A stretch of 61,837 nucleotides of DNA, counting the filler, from Vannella sp. (taxonomy: Eukaryota): NCBI GenBank assembly GCA_023345925.1. It is 7 parts of 7 records of this genome, joined end to end, with 100 filler letters (N's around TTAATTAATTAA, not from the genome) between each part and the next. Parts side by side here need not be neighbours in the genome. Positions count along the whole stretch, not along the records: positions 31,107 to 36,909 come from JAJQQN010000168.1; positions 37,010 to 42,950 come from JAJQQN010000106.1; positions 43,051 to 55,902 come from JAJQQN010000883.1; 4 more parts are not named here. The stretch is one strand, 5' to 3'. The notes beneath the pieces are model-generated. The model worked only from the letters and a program-made list of their open reading frames with translations, made no database searches and was not told where the DNA came from. Position numbers and translations under genes: made by a program. Positions 35,592-48,651 of this stretch are shown here, piece by piece. Positions within the stretch are counted from its first letter, which is position 1; every line of letters begins with the position of its first letter.

Positions 35592-36710
35592 TCACACCTT
35601 TGGTTTATGTGTGAGCAGCTCTCCCACAACAACAATCAATTTGACGGGGGAAATCCGCTGCGTGGCCGGGTCGGTGTACTTGCAGACCACTTTGCTGATG
35701 TTCTTTAACTGGCTTGGAGTTAACCCTTCCAACTTACTGTCCAGTCCATCGTACTTGGCCCTCACTTTCGCAGGGACACTCGTGGACGCCAAGACTTCCC
35801 GAAAGACAGCCGGAAGCCTCTTCATACTCTCCATGTTCTGGCGCATGTCATCAGGGCTGAATCGGAGATCCTCTAAGATCCCTTTGATGTCCTGCTGGTT
35901 CCCTGCTGCCGTAGATCCACTGTGGGGAGGCTCTTTGGTCCGGGTTCGCAGGTCCTCGAAGAGACCTTGCAACTGGCTGTTGAGTTTGAACGTCTCTTGC
36001 TCCGACTGGTGCTTCACAATCAGGTCATAGGACTCCCTGTCAAACGCATCGTAGTAGCCACCTCGCTCTTCTGCGGGCATCATCCTGATCAGTGCCCCCA
36101 CGTTTGCAAAGCATTCATCCATCTGTGCGGGGCTGAAGCGCTCACGTGGAGCCTCGTTTGCTTCTCGGAAGGCCTTGTAAACAGACTCTTGGATTTGCTG
36201 GTGAGCAGCTTGGCGTTGTTTCTCGTATTCGTCCTTGTCTCCTGCCAGATCATCACCGACTGAAAGATACTTGTCGTGCGCCTCCTTCAGTTGCGGGTTG
36301 CCTTTGACCTCCTCAAGTATGTCAGGCCTCTGTAAGAGCTTCTCCATTTGCTCCATAGTCATCGTGTTGCCCTTCAGCGGCCCCTGTTGCATGCCCGTGG
36401 ACACCTCGCCCAGGGCTGTTTCTTTGATGTCCTCGAAAGAAGGCACCATGTTCTTCATTGAGGAAGTGATGGAGCTTACGTCGCTTCTCTCCTTCTCAGC
36501 GTAGGTCTCATAATACTGTTCCATCCGCTTCTTCATGTCATCCAACTCGCCCGAAAGCATGCTTTCCACCTTCTGCACCAGCTCGATCCGTTCTTCACGC
36601 TCCTCCTGATTCTTCTTAAGGTACATCTTCCAATAACCCCTCAACGAGGGCTCCTTCACAGGAGCGCCCAACCAACGACGAAACCAACCAGCCGCAGCAG
36701 GTTTTGCCAT
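35592..36710 (-). CDS. Hypothetical helical protein, 372 aa, possible mitochondrial presequence
   Basis: Intronless ATG-initiated ORF with protein-like composition; N-terminus MAKPAAAGWFRRWLG is basic and lacks acidic residues. Confidence 0.75.
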   Translation of the reverse strand: MAKPAAAGWFRRWLGAPVKEPSLRGYWKMYLKKNQEEREERIELVQKVESMLSGELDDMKKRMEQYYETYAEKERSDVSSITSSMKNMVPSFEDIKETALGEVSTGMQQGPLKGNTMTMEQMEKLLQRPDILEEVKGNPQLKEAHDKYLSVGDDLAGDKDEYEKQRQAAHQQIQESVYKAFREANEAPRERFSPAQMDECFANVGALIRMMPAEERGGYYDAFDRESYDLIVKHQSEQETFKLNSQLQGLFEDLRTRTKEPPHSGSTAAGNQQDIKGILEDLRFSPDDMRQNMESMKRLPAVFREVLASTSVPAKVRAKYDGLDSKLEGLTPSQLKNISKVVCKYTDPATQRISPVKLIVVVGELLTHKPKV

Positions 36711-36909
36711 CAGAGAGCCGAGAGAGAAGTGTCCACAGAAGGAACATTTTAAATTGGGTTTATTATATTTTTAGTTTTATCGTTTTGTTGGTTTGGCGGT
36801 TTCCTGTTTGAATTGGGCGGCGGTGTTGCTTCGCGGACCAGGTTCCCAAACCGAACCAAAGTTGGGGAGATAAAGGCGAGGTTTCTTTCTTGCATTCTGA
36901 TAAAGAGGT

Positions 36910-37009
36910 NNNNNNNNNNNNNNNNNNNNNNNNNNNNNNNNNNNNNNNNNNNNTTAATTAATTAANNNNNNNNNNNNNNNNNNNNNNNNNNNNNNNNNNN
37001 NNNNNNNNN
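36910..37009. other. Artificial contig linker
   Basis: N44-TTAATTAATTAA-N44. Confidence 0.99.
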
Positions 37010-37093
37010 AGTTGTAGGGTGAGGAGCCGTTCTCTCTCTCCATCTCCTTCCAACGCGAACCCAAAAACAGTGTGGATGCCGACTAGCCTGCGT

Positions 37094-38365
37094 TTAATGA
37101 TTGAAAGGATCTTCTGTTTGGTACCTGGTCCAATCAAGGGACTGATAAGACTCGTAAAGAGTGACGCCACGAGAATCTAAGCGAGAACAGGAACAGCAGC
37201 GAAAGGAAACTTTCGTTTCCGGAAGGAAGAAGGGACGGGCAGGCTCTTTGTGAGGCTTGCTACAAGCGAAAGAGAGAGGATCCCTTCCGTTACATTGAAC
37301 TTGAGCCAGTTGCTCCTCCTTCGTCAATGAGTGAAAGAGAACAGGAATGAGAAGTCCATCACAATGGCTCTGAGAACACTGAATGTCTCTCATAAGGCGC
37401 TCTATCCTCTCCATACACTCTCTCCTTAAGTCTCTCTCTACTCTACACCGGAGACAAGAGCAAGAAAAGTAGTATCCTTCCAAGAGACTTTCCTGGCGCT
37501 CCTTCCAACTCACTTTCAGGCCCAGGTAGGAGATAGTCAGCTCTGTTCCCTTTGTGATAGGGTAGACTGCTCGTACACTGATCAGGGACCTGTCGGACTC
37601 GGTCACGCTGCTGCAGTTGGGGAAACAAGAGTGATTGAAGTAGGATCCGGAGGCGTACAAGAAGCTCCCTAAGTGCTGCTGTTGAGAGCCCCATGATGCA
37701 AAGCCGTTGCATCGGAGAATGCAGAGCATACGAGTGACTGTTGGCTCTGTCAAGAGCTCTGCCCACCAGAGAGGTGGTGTGGGGGAGGAGATGGACTCTA
37801 TGGCGGAGGAGAGGAGTCGTACGGTCTCAGTAGCTTGCTCAAAGATGTAACTGAGCTGTTCGTTGCTAATAGAATGCTGGTTGCCCTCTAACTCAAACAC
37901 CTGGCGGAAGGACGGCTCTTTTGATGCTTGGGAGAGGTGTTCGTTGCACTCCTCCACATCCACAGGCTCCTGGGATAGACTGGGCATATCAGACTCTTTC
38001 AAAGCATGAGTGAAGATGCTAATCATCATCCGAATGTTGGACAAGTCCACCACAGTGAAGGAAGAACGCGATCCCTTGAACAACGCCAACGCCTGACATT
38101 CCCACCCATTCAGAGGATGATCATGACGTGTTTTACACGTGGTAGAGCAGTAATAGACCTCCTTGCACCCTCCGCAATGCACCTTGAGACGCTTCGTCGC
38201 CTTCCGCAAGCAATACGCACAAACACCCTCTCTCACGTCATCCGCCACGCCCCGTCCGAACGGCCGAGCCCTCAGCACCACCTCTCCTGCTTGGATATCC
38301 CTCGTAGCCACCACATACCGCCCCTGCCCGCTCGTCCACACCACCTCCACTGGCCAACTCGCCAT
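37094..38365 (-). CDS. SET and MYND domain lysine methyltransferase (SMYD family)
   Basis: GRYVVATRDIQAGEVVL, MYND finger CAYC...CGGCKEVYYCSTTC, NHSCFPNC, GTELTISY and post-SET YFSCSCLRC. Confidence 0.93.
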   Translation of the reverse strand: MASWPVEVVWTSGQGRYVVATRDIQAGEVVLRARPFGRGVADDVREGVCAYCLRKATKRLKVHCGGCKEVYYCSTTCKTRHDHPLNGWECQALALFKGSRSSFTVVDLSNIRMMISIFTHALKESDMPSLSQEPVDVEECNEHLSQASKEPSFRQVFELEGNQHSISNEQLSYIFEQATETVRLLSSAIESISSPTPPLWWAELLTEPTVTRMLCILRCNGFASWGSQQQHLGSFLYASGSYFNHSCFPNCSSVTESDRSLISVRAVYPITKGTELTISYLGLKVSWKERQESLLEGYYFSCSCLRCRVERDLRRECMERIERLMRDIQCSQSHCDGLLIPVLFHSLTKEEQLAQVQCNGRDPLSFACSKPHKEPARPFFLPETKVSFRCCSCSRLDSRGVTLYESYQSLDWTRYQTEDPFNH

Positions 38366-38491
38366 CTCACCACCAGCAGAGTCACGGAGAGAGAGAGAAG
38401 CAACAGAAGAGGATCACGAGAGAGGTAGAGGAGGAGATCAGTCTTTAGTGCCCCTGTCGCAGTCACACCGAGGGATCGCGAGGACTTGGAG

Positions 38492-39756
38492 ATGATGCGG
38501 CCTACGGAGGGCTTTGTGGGTGAGGGGAACCTGTTTGAGTCGAGTATGTGGCCGGTACCGACAGCTGCTGCGGAGGAGAAGTGCTGGTATCGAGATCTGT
38601 TCTTGACCAATGGTGAGGAAGCACGTTCGCGCTCTCTGTGGCTTCTGACGGCTTGATACAGAGCACAAGAACTACTTTACAAAGGAGAGTCCGTTAGGGA
38701 TGGTTGCTGCCTCCGTCCGAGGGACGGAGGAGGCGTTCTACCTCATCATCCGAACGGAGGCTGGTGTAGAGACCTTTACGATCCCTGCAAGGGACGTTGT
38801 CGTTAAGAAATCACTTCTCCGTATCTTCACAGGGAAGGGTAAGCAGTCTCCCGAAGAGAGAGCCTTGGAGCTGGTCAAACCCGAGCTGCAAAGTGTCCGC
38901 TTCATCGAGAACAACTCTCCCGTCGTCCGGGAGCGTCTCTTACAGCTGGAAGCACCAGATGTCTTCAACTACAAGTACAGGATAGGTCTCCTCTTCGCAA
39001 GGACGGGCCAACAGTCAGAGAACGAGCTCTTCAGCAACACGGACATCTCTCCTGAGTTAGACGACTTTATGGCGCTCATTGGCGAGCGTATCACACTGCA
39101 GGGTTGGAATAGGTATGAAGGCGGTCTAGACGTTGGTGGTGAGTGCTCTCCCAAGCTCTGGAAGCCATCTGACGGTTGAGTCGTTCAGGAGGGAAGACCG
39201 GAACTACTTCCCTGTACACGCAGGCGGGGGAGAACGAGATCATGTGGCACGTACCTGCATTGATGCCTTACTTTCCTGGTGATGAGCAGCAGCTAGAGCG
39301 GAAGAAGCACGTGGGGAATGACCGCGCCATTGTTATCTTTCAAGAGGAAGGCGGTGCCCCCTTCCCAGCGGACATTGTGGCCTCTAAAGCCGTCCACCTT
39401 TGTATTGTAGTACAGCCTTTCCATAAGGAAGGTGACGAAACCATCCACTACCGCGTAGGATGCGCTTACAAGCAATCCGTCCCCTTCTTTGAGCCCCACA
39501 TTCCCCAAATGGTCGAGTACCGACGTGGAGCCACCTTCCGAGAGATCCTCCTGAACAAACGTAAGCTGTCTCTCACCCCTGCTCTCACTGGAGCCTCTCC
39601 TCATCCCTTTCAGTGATCAACGGCATCCAAGCGACAAGTCACGCGGATGAGTTCAAAGCCCTGATGGGCTTCAAGTACAAGCATTCCCTTGCTCTCCTCT
39701 GCAACGAGTTTGGCGTTCGGCTGGAGAAGCGCGAAAAGTCGGAAGACGGCACATAG
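38492..39756 (+). CDS. Rap/Ran-GAP domain protein (RapGAP), 4 exons
   Basis: WYRDLF..EHKNYF, YRIGLLFARTGQQSENELFSN, FMALIGERITLQGW..Y.GGLD, TGTTSLY, EIMWHV..LMPY...D.QQLERKKHVGND (catalytic Asn thumb), ILLNK.ING; stop TAG at 39754-39756. Confidence 0.92.
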
Positions 39757-39894
39757 CCGACCTGTTCGGCCCCTTCTTGTAGATATCCTCGTCCTTCACC
39801 TTCACGTTGGAGCTGACGGTTCAATAATGACCTTTAAGAGCATCAGCGAGAGTGCGTGGACAAGGAATGAGAGGGGAGAAGATGGCCACGGCTC

Positions 39895-42612
<2,718 letters not shown>

Positions 42613-42950
42613 AAGAGCGCACTCCGGTTCTCACTAACAATCGGCACCGACCGCCGAGGGCAAAAAGACAAGTGAGGGTCATTTGTTCCCTTTTGATTCG
42701 ATATTGTACCAAAAAGCGTCTTTATTAGGAACTGACATGTTTCCTTGCCACCAGATTTCGCAATTTCAAATCCTCCGGGTCAAATTCTGTTTGGGCATTT
42801 CCACTCAAAAAATGAAATCAGTCCAAAGGCTTATCCTGGAGAGATGGAAGTCACCAGGATACTCAACGCAAACACAAGTTTTTGAACCCTCTTCCCCTTT
42901 CGGAAGTCCGCATTTTTCTGATTGGTCGGATGATTGGGTTGTATCGTCCA

Positions 42951-43050
42951 NNNNNNNNNNNNNNNNNNNNNNNNNNNNNNNNNNNNNNNNNNNNTTAATT
43001 AATTAANNNNNNNNNNNNNNNNNNNNNNNNNNNNNNNNNNNNNNNNNNNN
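42951..43050. other. Artificial contig linker
   Basis: N44-TTAATTAATTAA-N44. Confidence 0.99.
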
Positions 43051-43342
43051 CTGAAAAGGTTGTTTTTGGGTGAGGAGACCCTAGCTGTGCCTCATCTCCC
43101 AGAGACTGGCTCTTGTGCGGAGATGGAGCGTTCTTCGGGGACTCACATAGTACCTTCTCTGGCTTTTCAACACAAGCATCAGCCTTGGATGCGCGAGCCC
43201 GCTTTTGCGGAGGCTGAGACTCCTTTTCTGAGCTCTCATTAGATTCTTGATCATTGTCTTCGAGGTAGAATGCAGTTTCGGTCCTCCTCTTAGTCCCAGA
43301 GTAGTTTGAAGACGCCTCCTTCTCATCTTCCTCCTCAGCCAT
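43051..43342 (-). CDS. 5' portion of an unidentified gene (acidic, disordered N-terminus), truncated at the contig edge
   Basis: MAEEEDEKEASSNYSGTKRRTETAFYLED...PPQKRAR is open to the contig end and divergent from the amylase across an AT-rich spacer. Confidence 0.6.
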
Positions 43343-43511
43343 CTTATTATCACGAGCAAAGTGAAATGTCCATTTTGTTGAATTTTCGGACCACAAGAAT
43401 TCAACAATTTTCGAGTCAAATTTATGATCAACGATAGATTCCTATCCTGGATTTGAAAAGATGGTTTGAACGAAATTATCGGGAATTGGGAATTTGCCAT
43501 TCTTTCTGAGG

Positions 43512-45135
43512 ATGAGGGGTTGGCTCTCGCTCTTGTTTTGTTGTGTTTCTGTCGCGTTGGCAGGTACCACAGCAGAGTGGAAGGAGCGTGTGATTTACCA
43601 AGTGAGTGTTGGGGGAAGAAGGAGCTTTGGGGACTCATTACGCGGGGAAGTTGTTGACCGACCGCTTTGCCAACTCGGCAGGGTCCACAGGTGGCTGCTC
43701 CAATCTGAACCAGTACTGTGGAGGGAGCTTCCAAGGTGCCATGAACCAGTTGGACTACATCCAAGGCATGGGCTTCACGGCGGTGTGGATCTCCCCCATT
43801 GTTCTCAATACAGCGAACGGCTATCACGGCTTCTGGGCTCAGGACTTCTACAAGGTGAACCCTCACTTTGGCACTGAACAAGACCTCCACAACTTCATCA
43901 GCGAATGCCACAAACGCGACGTGAGGACGAATCCGTTATCTTTGAGCCTGCCTGACGTCTTGTGTAGCTTTGGGTGATGATTGGAGTTGTTGCCAATCAT
44001 GTAGGACCAGTAGGATACGACTACTCGTCCATTGTACCGTTCAATGACTCTAGCCACTACCACAATTGCAAAAGCTGTCCGGACCAATGCACTATCCAGG
44101 ACTATGTGGTGCGTCAGAGCTAACCAACAACGTACCAGTGTGTCTAATACCTCTTTAGTGCTTCACGGATGACATTGAACTGTGCCGCACGTCTGGATTG
44201 CCCGATTTGAATCAAACGAATCCCTTTGTTGGCAACACCTTGGTGGAATGGGTCGGTAAACTGGTCTCTGACTTCCAACCAGACGGTCTCCGCATCGATA
44301 CGGTGCCAGAAATCGAACCCAACTTCTGGAAACAGTTCCAGCAAGCTGCGGGAGTCTTCGGAATGGGAGAAGTCTTTACGGGAGACATTTCTTGCATTGG
44401 CACGTATTCCCAAGTGCTCGATAGCGTTCTGTCGTACCCCATGTTCTTCACTCTGCGCGATATCTTCCAAAAGGGATATACCATGAACAACATTAACAGT
44501 ACTCTCAATCAGTACAACAAGTATCTGGAGGACCCCACAGCGATAGGATCCTTCATAGATAACCATGATAACCCGCGTTTCCTTTGTGGAGACTTTGACA
44601 TTATTGCCTACAAGTCTGCCATCACTTATGTCCTTACTGCCTCGGGTATTCCCATTATTTACTACGGAACAGAACAAGAGTTCAGTGGATGTAATGATCC
44701 TGCTAACCGAGAGGTCCTTTGGCCCACCAAGTACAATGTAAGTGACCTCGCACTCCCAGAATGTGACTTTCCAAGTCACCTTCCCTTGGCCGCCTCCCCT
44801 CCAAAGCTCACTCTGGGTGCCTTCAGACCAATGCAGAGTTGTATCAATTCATCAAGACCATCAATACCTACCGAAACTCGGTCAACTTGGGCCCGGAAAA
44901 GATGATTCAAAGTTACAGTGGAGATTCCAAGTTCTACGCCTTCTTCCGAGGCACGACATGGGTGGGCTTGACCAACCAAAAGGGCAGCATTCAAAGGAAC
45001 ATCTGTTATCATCCCTACAGCGAAGGCCAGACGATTTGTAACGTCTTTTACCCCACAGATTGTGTGACAGTGAAGAACGGCTGCTTCCCTTGCGACCTGA
45101 ACAACGGAGAGTCAAAGATCTTCCATCCCAAATGA
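43512..45135 (+). CDS. Secreted alpha-amylase, GH13 (eukaryotic/fungal Taka-amylase type)
   Basis: Signal peptide, WKERVIYQ|LLTDRFA, YCGGSFQG..NQLDYIQGMGFTAVWISP, YHGFW, VVANH, and catalytic motifs DGLRIDTV, GEVF and FIDNHDNPRF, then GIPIIYYGTEQ and DPANRE. Four introns. Confidence 0.96.
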
Positions 45136-45180
45136 GTTAAACGCGTTGGAACGTCATTTTCAGGCTCATTCGAGGGGGGA

Positions 45181-47280
45181 ATGGCTCCTTCTTGTGCGGG
45201 ATGCGGCGGTTCGGTGGAGTTGGACACCAGCCGAGGCTGTTGGGTGTGTGCAGTCTGTAACTTGGAGTCGGATGCTGCGTCACAGTCTGTGGCTGAGTGG
45301 GGGCTCGATCAGGTCACGCGGCCATCGCGAGATGGCCCAAAGAGGCGGGACGAGTTGGGTAAGTTCGTCCAGAGAGCCAGATCAGGCGTGTCTAAGCCAC
45401 TACACAGAGAGGAGAGAACTAGATATAGAACACGACTACTTCATCTGCTATCAGCACGTCCTACGCTCTCAAGCAGAGCATTTGGTGTGTTGCCCTCGAG
45501 ATGTGAGAGATAGCGAGCTCATTACGGGCTGTCATGGTTCAGATCTTCAACTTCTCCATCACACCTATCCTTTTGGACATGCTAAGGGGCCTCTGGTTCC
45601 GCTATCTTGAAGCTCTCATGAAGAGTGGAATACGTTTGCAAAGAGAGCTCACTAGCGGCCGGGGAAGCGCCCAGTCTACTCAGAAAACAAACAAAGGGAC
45701 TCGCACTGACTCTCTCTTTACTCCAGATGAGGCTCTGGATGACTACCTTCGAGAGAACATAGGGGACCCTAACTACGAACCGACTGTTCCTCCCTATCTG
45801 AGCCCTGTACAGTCCAAGAAGCGACGTTTTCGGGTACAAAGCGAATCTACACGAACAATGAGTCTCACGGAAGAGGAGTGCGCCCTCATGAGAGAGCAAA
45901 AGGAAGCCACAATTGTTCGAAGAAGGAAAGCAGCTCCTCGAATCAGTGCAGCAGAGAAGGCGAAAGTCTTCACAGACAAGGCCATTCAAATGCGCAACTC
46001 TGATACGGTGGTGAGTCAAGACACTTCCCAAAAACCAAAAGAAGGAGTGGAGGAAGATTTCCAGCCGGAATTTGCCGGAATTCCGGTTCAATTCCGGCCA
46101 GACTTTGTTCAAACTCTCCCAAAGACTTTCGAGTATCTACACAGACCCGCTCGAGATGAAGCGAGGAGCTGGAGAGAGAATGTCGACTCCATCAAGTCTT
46201 CACAGCGGCTGAAATTTGCCGATTTAGGGCACTCTGGCATTCCCCCTGTGGAGATGAGCTTATCTCTCTTGATTCTGGCCTCTCAAATGGCAGGGGAAAC
46301 TATCCTTGCGAGTGACTTGTTGGAATGGGCAGAAACGAACCGGTTTCCGTTGTACCAGTTTGCGGGTACTTACAAGCAGTTCCTGCCTTATACTTCCAAT
46401 TTTGTAGTCTCCCGTGCACCAAGTGTAGAGAGAGTCTATCATACAGCAGCTCTTTTATCTTCCCTTCTTCAGGTGAAAGAGTTTCTTCCTCAAGTCAATT
46501 ACCCCCTTATTCTCAGGAGTATGATCCTCCGTCTTCAGCTTCCCGACAGTCTGTTACCGTTGACTATTGAGCTTGGAGCTGAAATGGATTGGAGCTTTCA
46601 TCAGCCTCAACTCATCGTTCCGGAGGGCCGTGCGTTGGCCATTATTGCTTTTCTACTCAAAGTGCTTTACCCAATCATTCCCATTTCATCTTCAGAGCTG
46701 CAACAGATTGCGGGGACTCCTTCTTTATCATTCAATGTGGAAGAAAACACTATTTTGTTTTATCTTGAATCACTGCCTTCCTTCCCCGAGTGGATGAAAG
46801 ACTTTAACTGCACCACAGGGCAGCACCTCAGTCAAATCCAAGATAGCTTTCGCTTATTCTTTAACAAAGCCTTCCAAGAAACTGGTTCTCGACACAACAC
46901 AGCTTCCCAAGGTACGCTCCCCACCTCTTTCCTCCTCACTTGCTCACTCTAGTGTGACAGGGTGTGAGAGTATAATCGATACTCTCAAGTCTGTTGCATT
47001 AACGAACAAACTGAAAATACCAGCGGAGACTTCTCTCTTCTCTCTTCGGGATCATTCCAAAGAGGAAGAAGTCAAAGATCTTTGGCAAAGTTGTTCCCTT
47101 TTCAAGCTCCAAGGCCCCAGGAACGTACCTTTGTATAGAGACCGTGTACGGGTCCATGTAACGCTGCTCGATATCTGCCAACGCTGTGCAAGCGAGAGCA
47201 AGTTGGAAAGCAGCCAGATTCTGAAGACACTTTTGGCGTTTGAGCAAAAGCTCTTCCAGAAGTACTCTGATGATCTTTGA
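45181..47280 (+). CDS. TAF1B: RNA polymerase I initiation factor TAF1B/Rrn7-like
   Basis: N-terminal zinc ribbon CAGC..GCWVCAVC; YFICYQHVLRSQAEHL...LRGLWFRYL and LSLLILASQ..GETILASDLLEWAE..RFP resemble the Rrn7/TAF1B cyclin-fold motifs. Three introns. Confidence 0.72.
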
Positions 47281-47460
47281 CCTTCATTGGACTCGTAAGT
47301 GATCCTTTAGAAGGTCCTATCAAGGCCCCAGCTTCTCTAAAAGGATCGAAATGCTGGAGTCGATCCGGTTTAATGCGGATTCAAGCACTGACAAGGGCAG
47401 GAGGGTCATGTGACCAGCAAAGGGGAATCATATAATACAAATCTAGAAGTCAGAACGCTC

Positions 47461-48528
47461 TCAGTCCTCCTCAGAGAAGTAAGAATCCTCGGAATCTTGG
47501 TCGCGCTCATCCAAAAGGAACTGGAGCTCTGCTACCTTCTTCTTAAGCTTGGAAGCAATGTACTCTGCCTCTTGTCGTCGAATGCCCTCCTGATTGAGGT
47601 TCTCCATGAGCTCCTGCTCGAGAGACTTCAGTTTCTCCTCGTAAAGTTCGTTGCTCTCCTCCGCAGAGGCTCTCTTGTTGACAGCGTCGGTAAGTTTGGA
47701 AGAGAGCTGAGTGATACGCTTGTCCTTCTTCAGGAGCTGCTCCTCCACGCTGCTCAGCTCCTCCTGGAGCTCGTCCACTTGCGCGCGAAGTTCTCGTTCC
47801 ATCTTCTCGCTCTGTTCCAGGTCTTGCTTGAGAGTGAGCTCCATCAACTTTGCCTCTACTACATTAGGAGTAGACGCAGTTCTGGTGGCAACTGACAGCG
47901 GAGCTTCTGAGGGGGCGGGAGTCTCTGCCGTGGGCGTGGGAGAGTTCGTGCTTGGCGGGCTTGAGAAGCTCCCTGGAGAGCCTGCCCAGTAGCCCATGTT
48001 CTCTTTTGCCATCTCTTCCAAGCACTGACTTAGTACGCTGATACGCCGCTGGAACTCCTCGTTTAACTGGGCCAAGTCAGCCATGGACTGGCTTTGTTGC
48101 GTTCCAGCTGCTCGTAGCTGCTCCAGCTCGGAGTCCTTCTCATGTAACAGGGTGGTCAAATCAGATACTAATGACTGTAGCCCACGCAGTGAGTCTAACT
48201 CGCCGCGGAGCTGCGAGGAACGCTGAATCTCTTTGGTCAGACTCTCATGAAGGGTGATGTTCTCTTCCGCCTTCTCCTCCAAGCACTGACTGAGCACTCT
48301 CATCTTGCGGTCATACTCCTCTTGCTTCTCCCCTGAGCTGGTGGACGGGACGTCAGCAGTAAAGCTCTCAATATCCGGCAACTCGGGCGTGTCACACCCG
48401 CGTTCATTATTCAGGCGAGTAGGGGCCGGAGAACCCCGCTTCCTAGCCCGAGGACTATCATTAGCTACTGGAGCATCCACTGTAAAGCTCGTAACATCCT
48501 TTGACTGCTTCTTCCACCCACGAAACAT
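47461..48528 (-). CDS. Coiled-coil protein, 355 aa, with an internally duplicated motif
   Basis: Intronless ORF with E/L/K/Q-rich heptads; VLSQCLEE.A.EN occurs twice. Confidence 0.8.
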   Translation of the reverse strand: MFRGWKKQSKDVTSFTVDAPVANDSPRARKRGSPAPTRLNNERGCDTPELPDIESFTADVPSTSSGEKQEEYDRKMRVLSQCLEEKAEENITLHESLTKEIQRSSQLRGELDSLRGLQSLVSDLTTLLHEKDSELEQLRAAGTQQSQSMADLAQLNEEFQRRISVLSQCLEEMAKENMGYWAGSPGSFSSPPSTNSPTPTAETPAPSEAPLSVATRTASTPNVVEAKLMELTLKQDLEQSEKMERELRAQVDELQEELSSVEEQLLKKDKRITQLSSKLTDAVNKRASAEESNELYEEKLKSLEQELMENLNQEGIRRQEAEYIASKLKKKVAELQFLLDERDQDSEDSYFSEED

Positions 48529-48651
48529 GTCCGCCGGCCCGGCCCAAGTGAAATGGCCTAAAATGGCTCCTTCTCACATCAAACCAAGCAAAAACGTTAT
48601 AAACTTGTAATTTAGCTTCGAAAGAGCCAAAAACCAGTGGAAGGGGCCATC

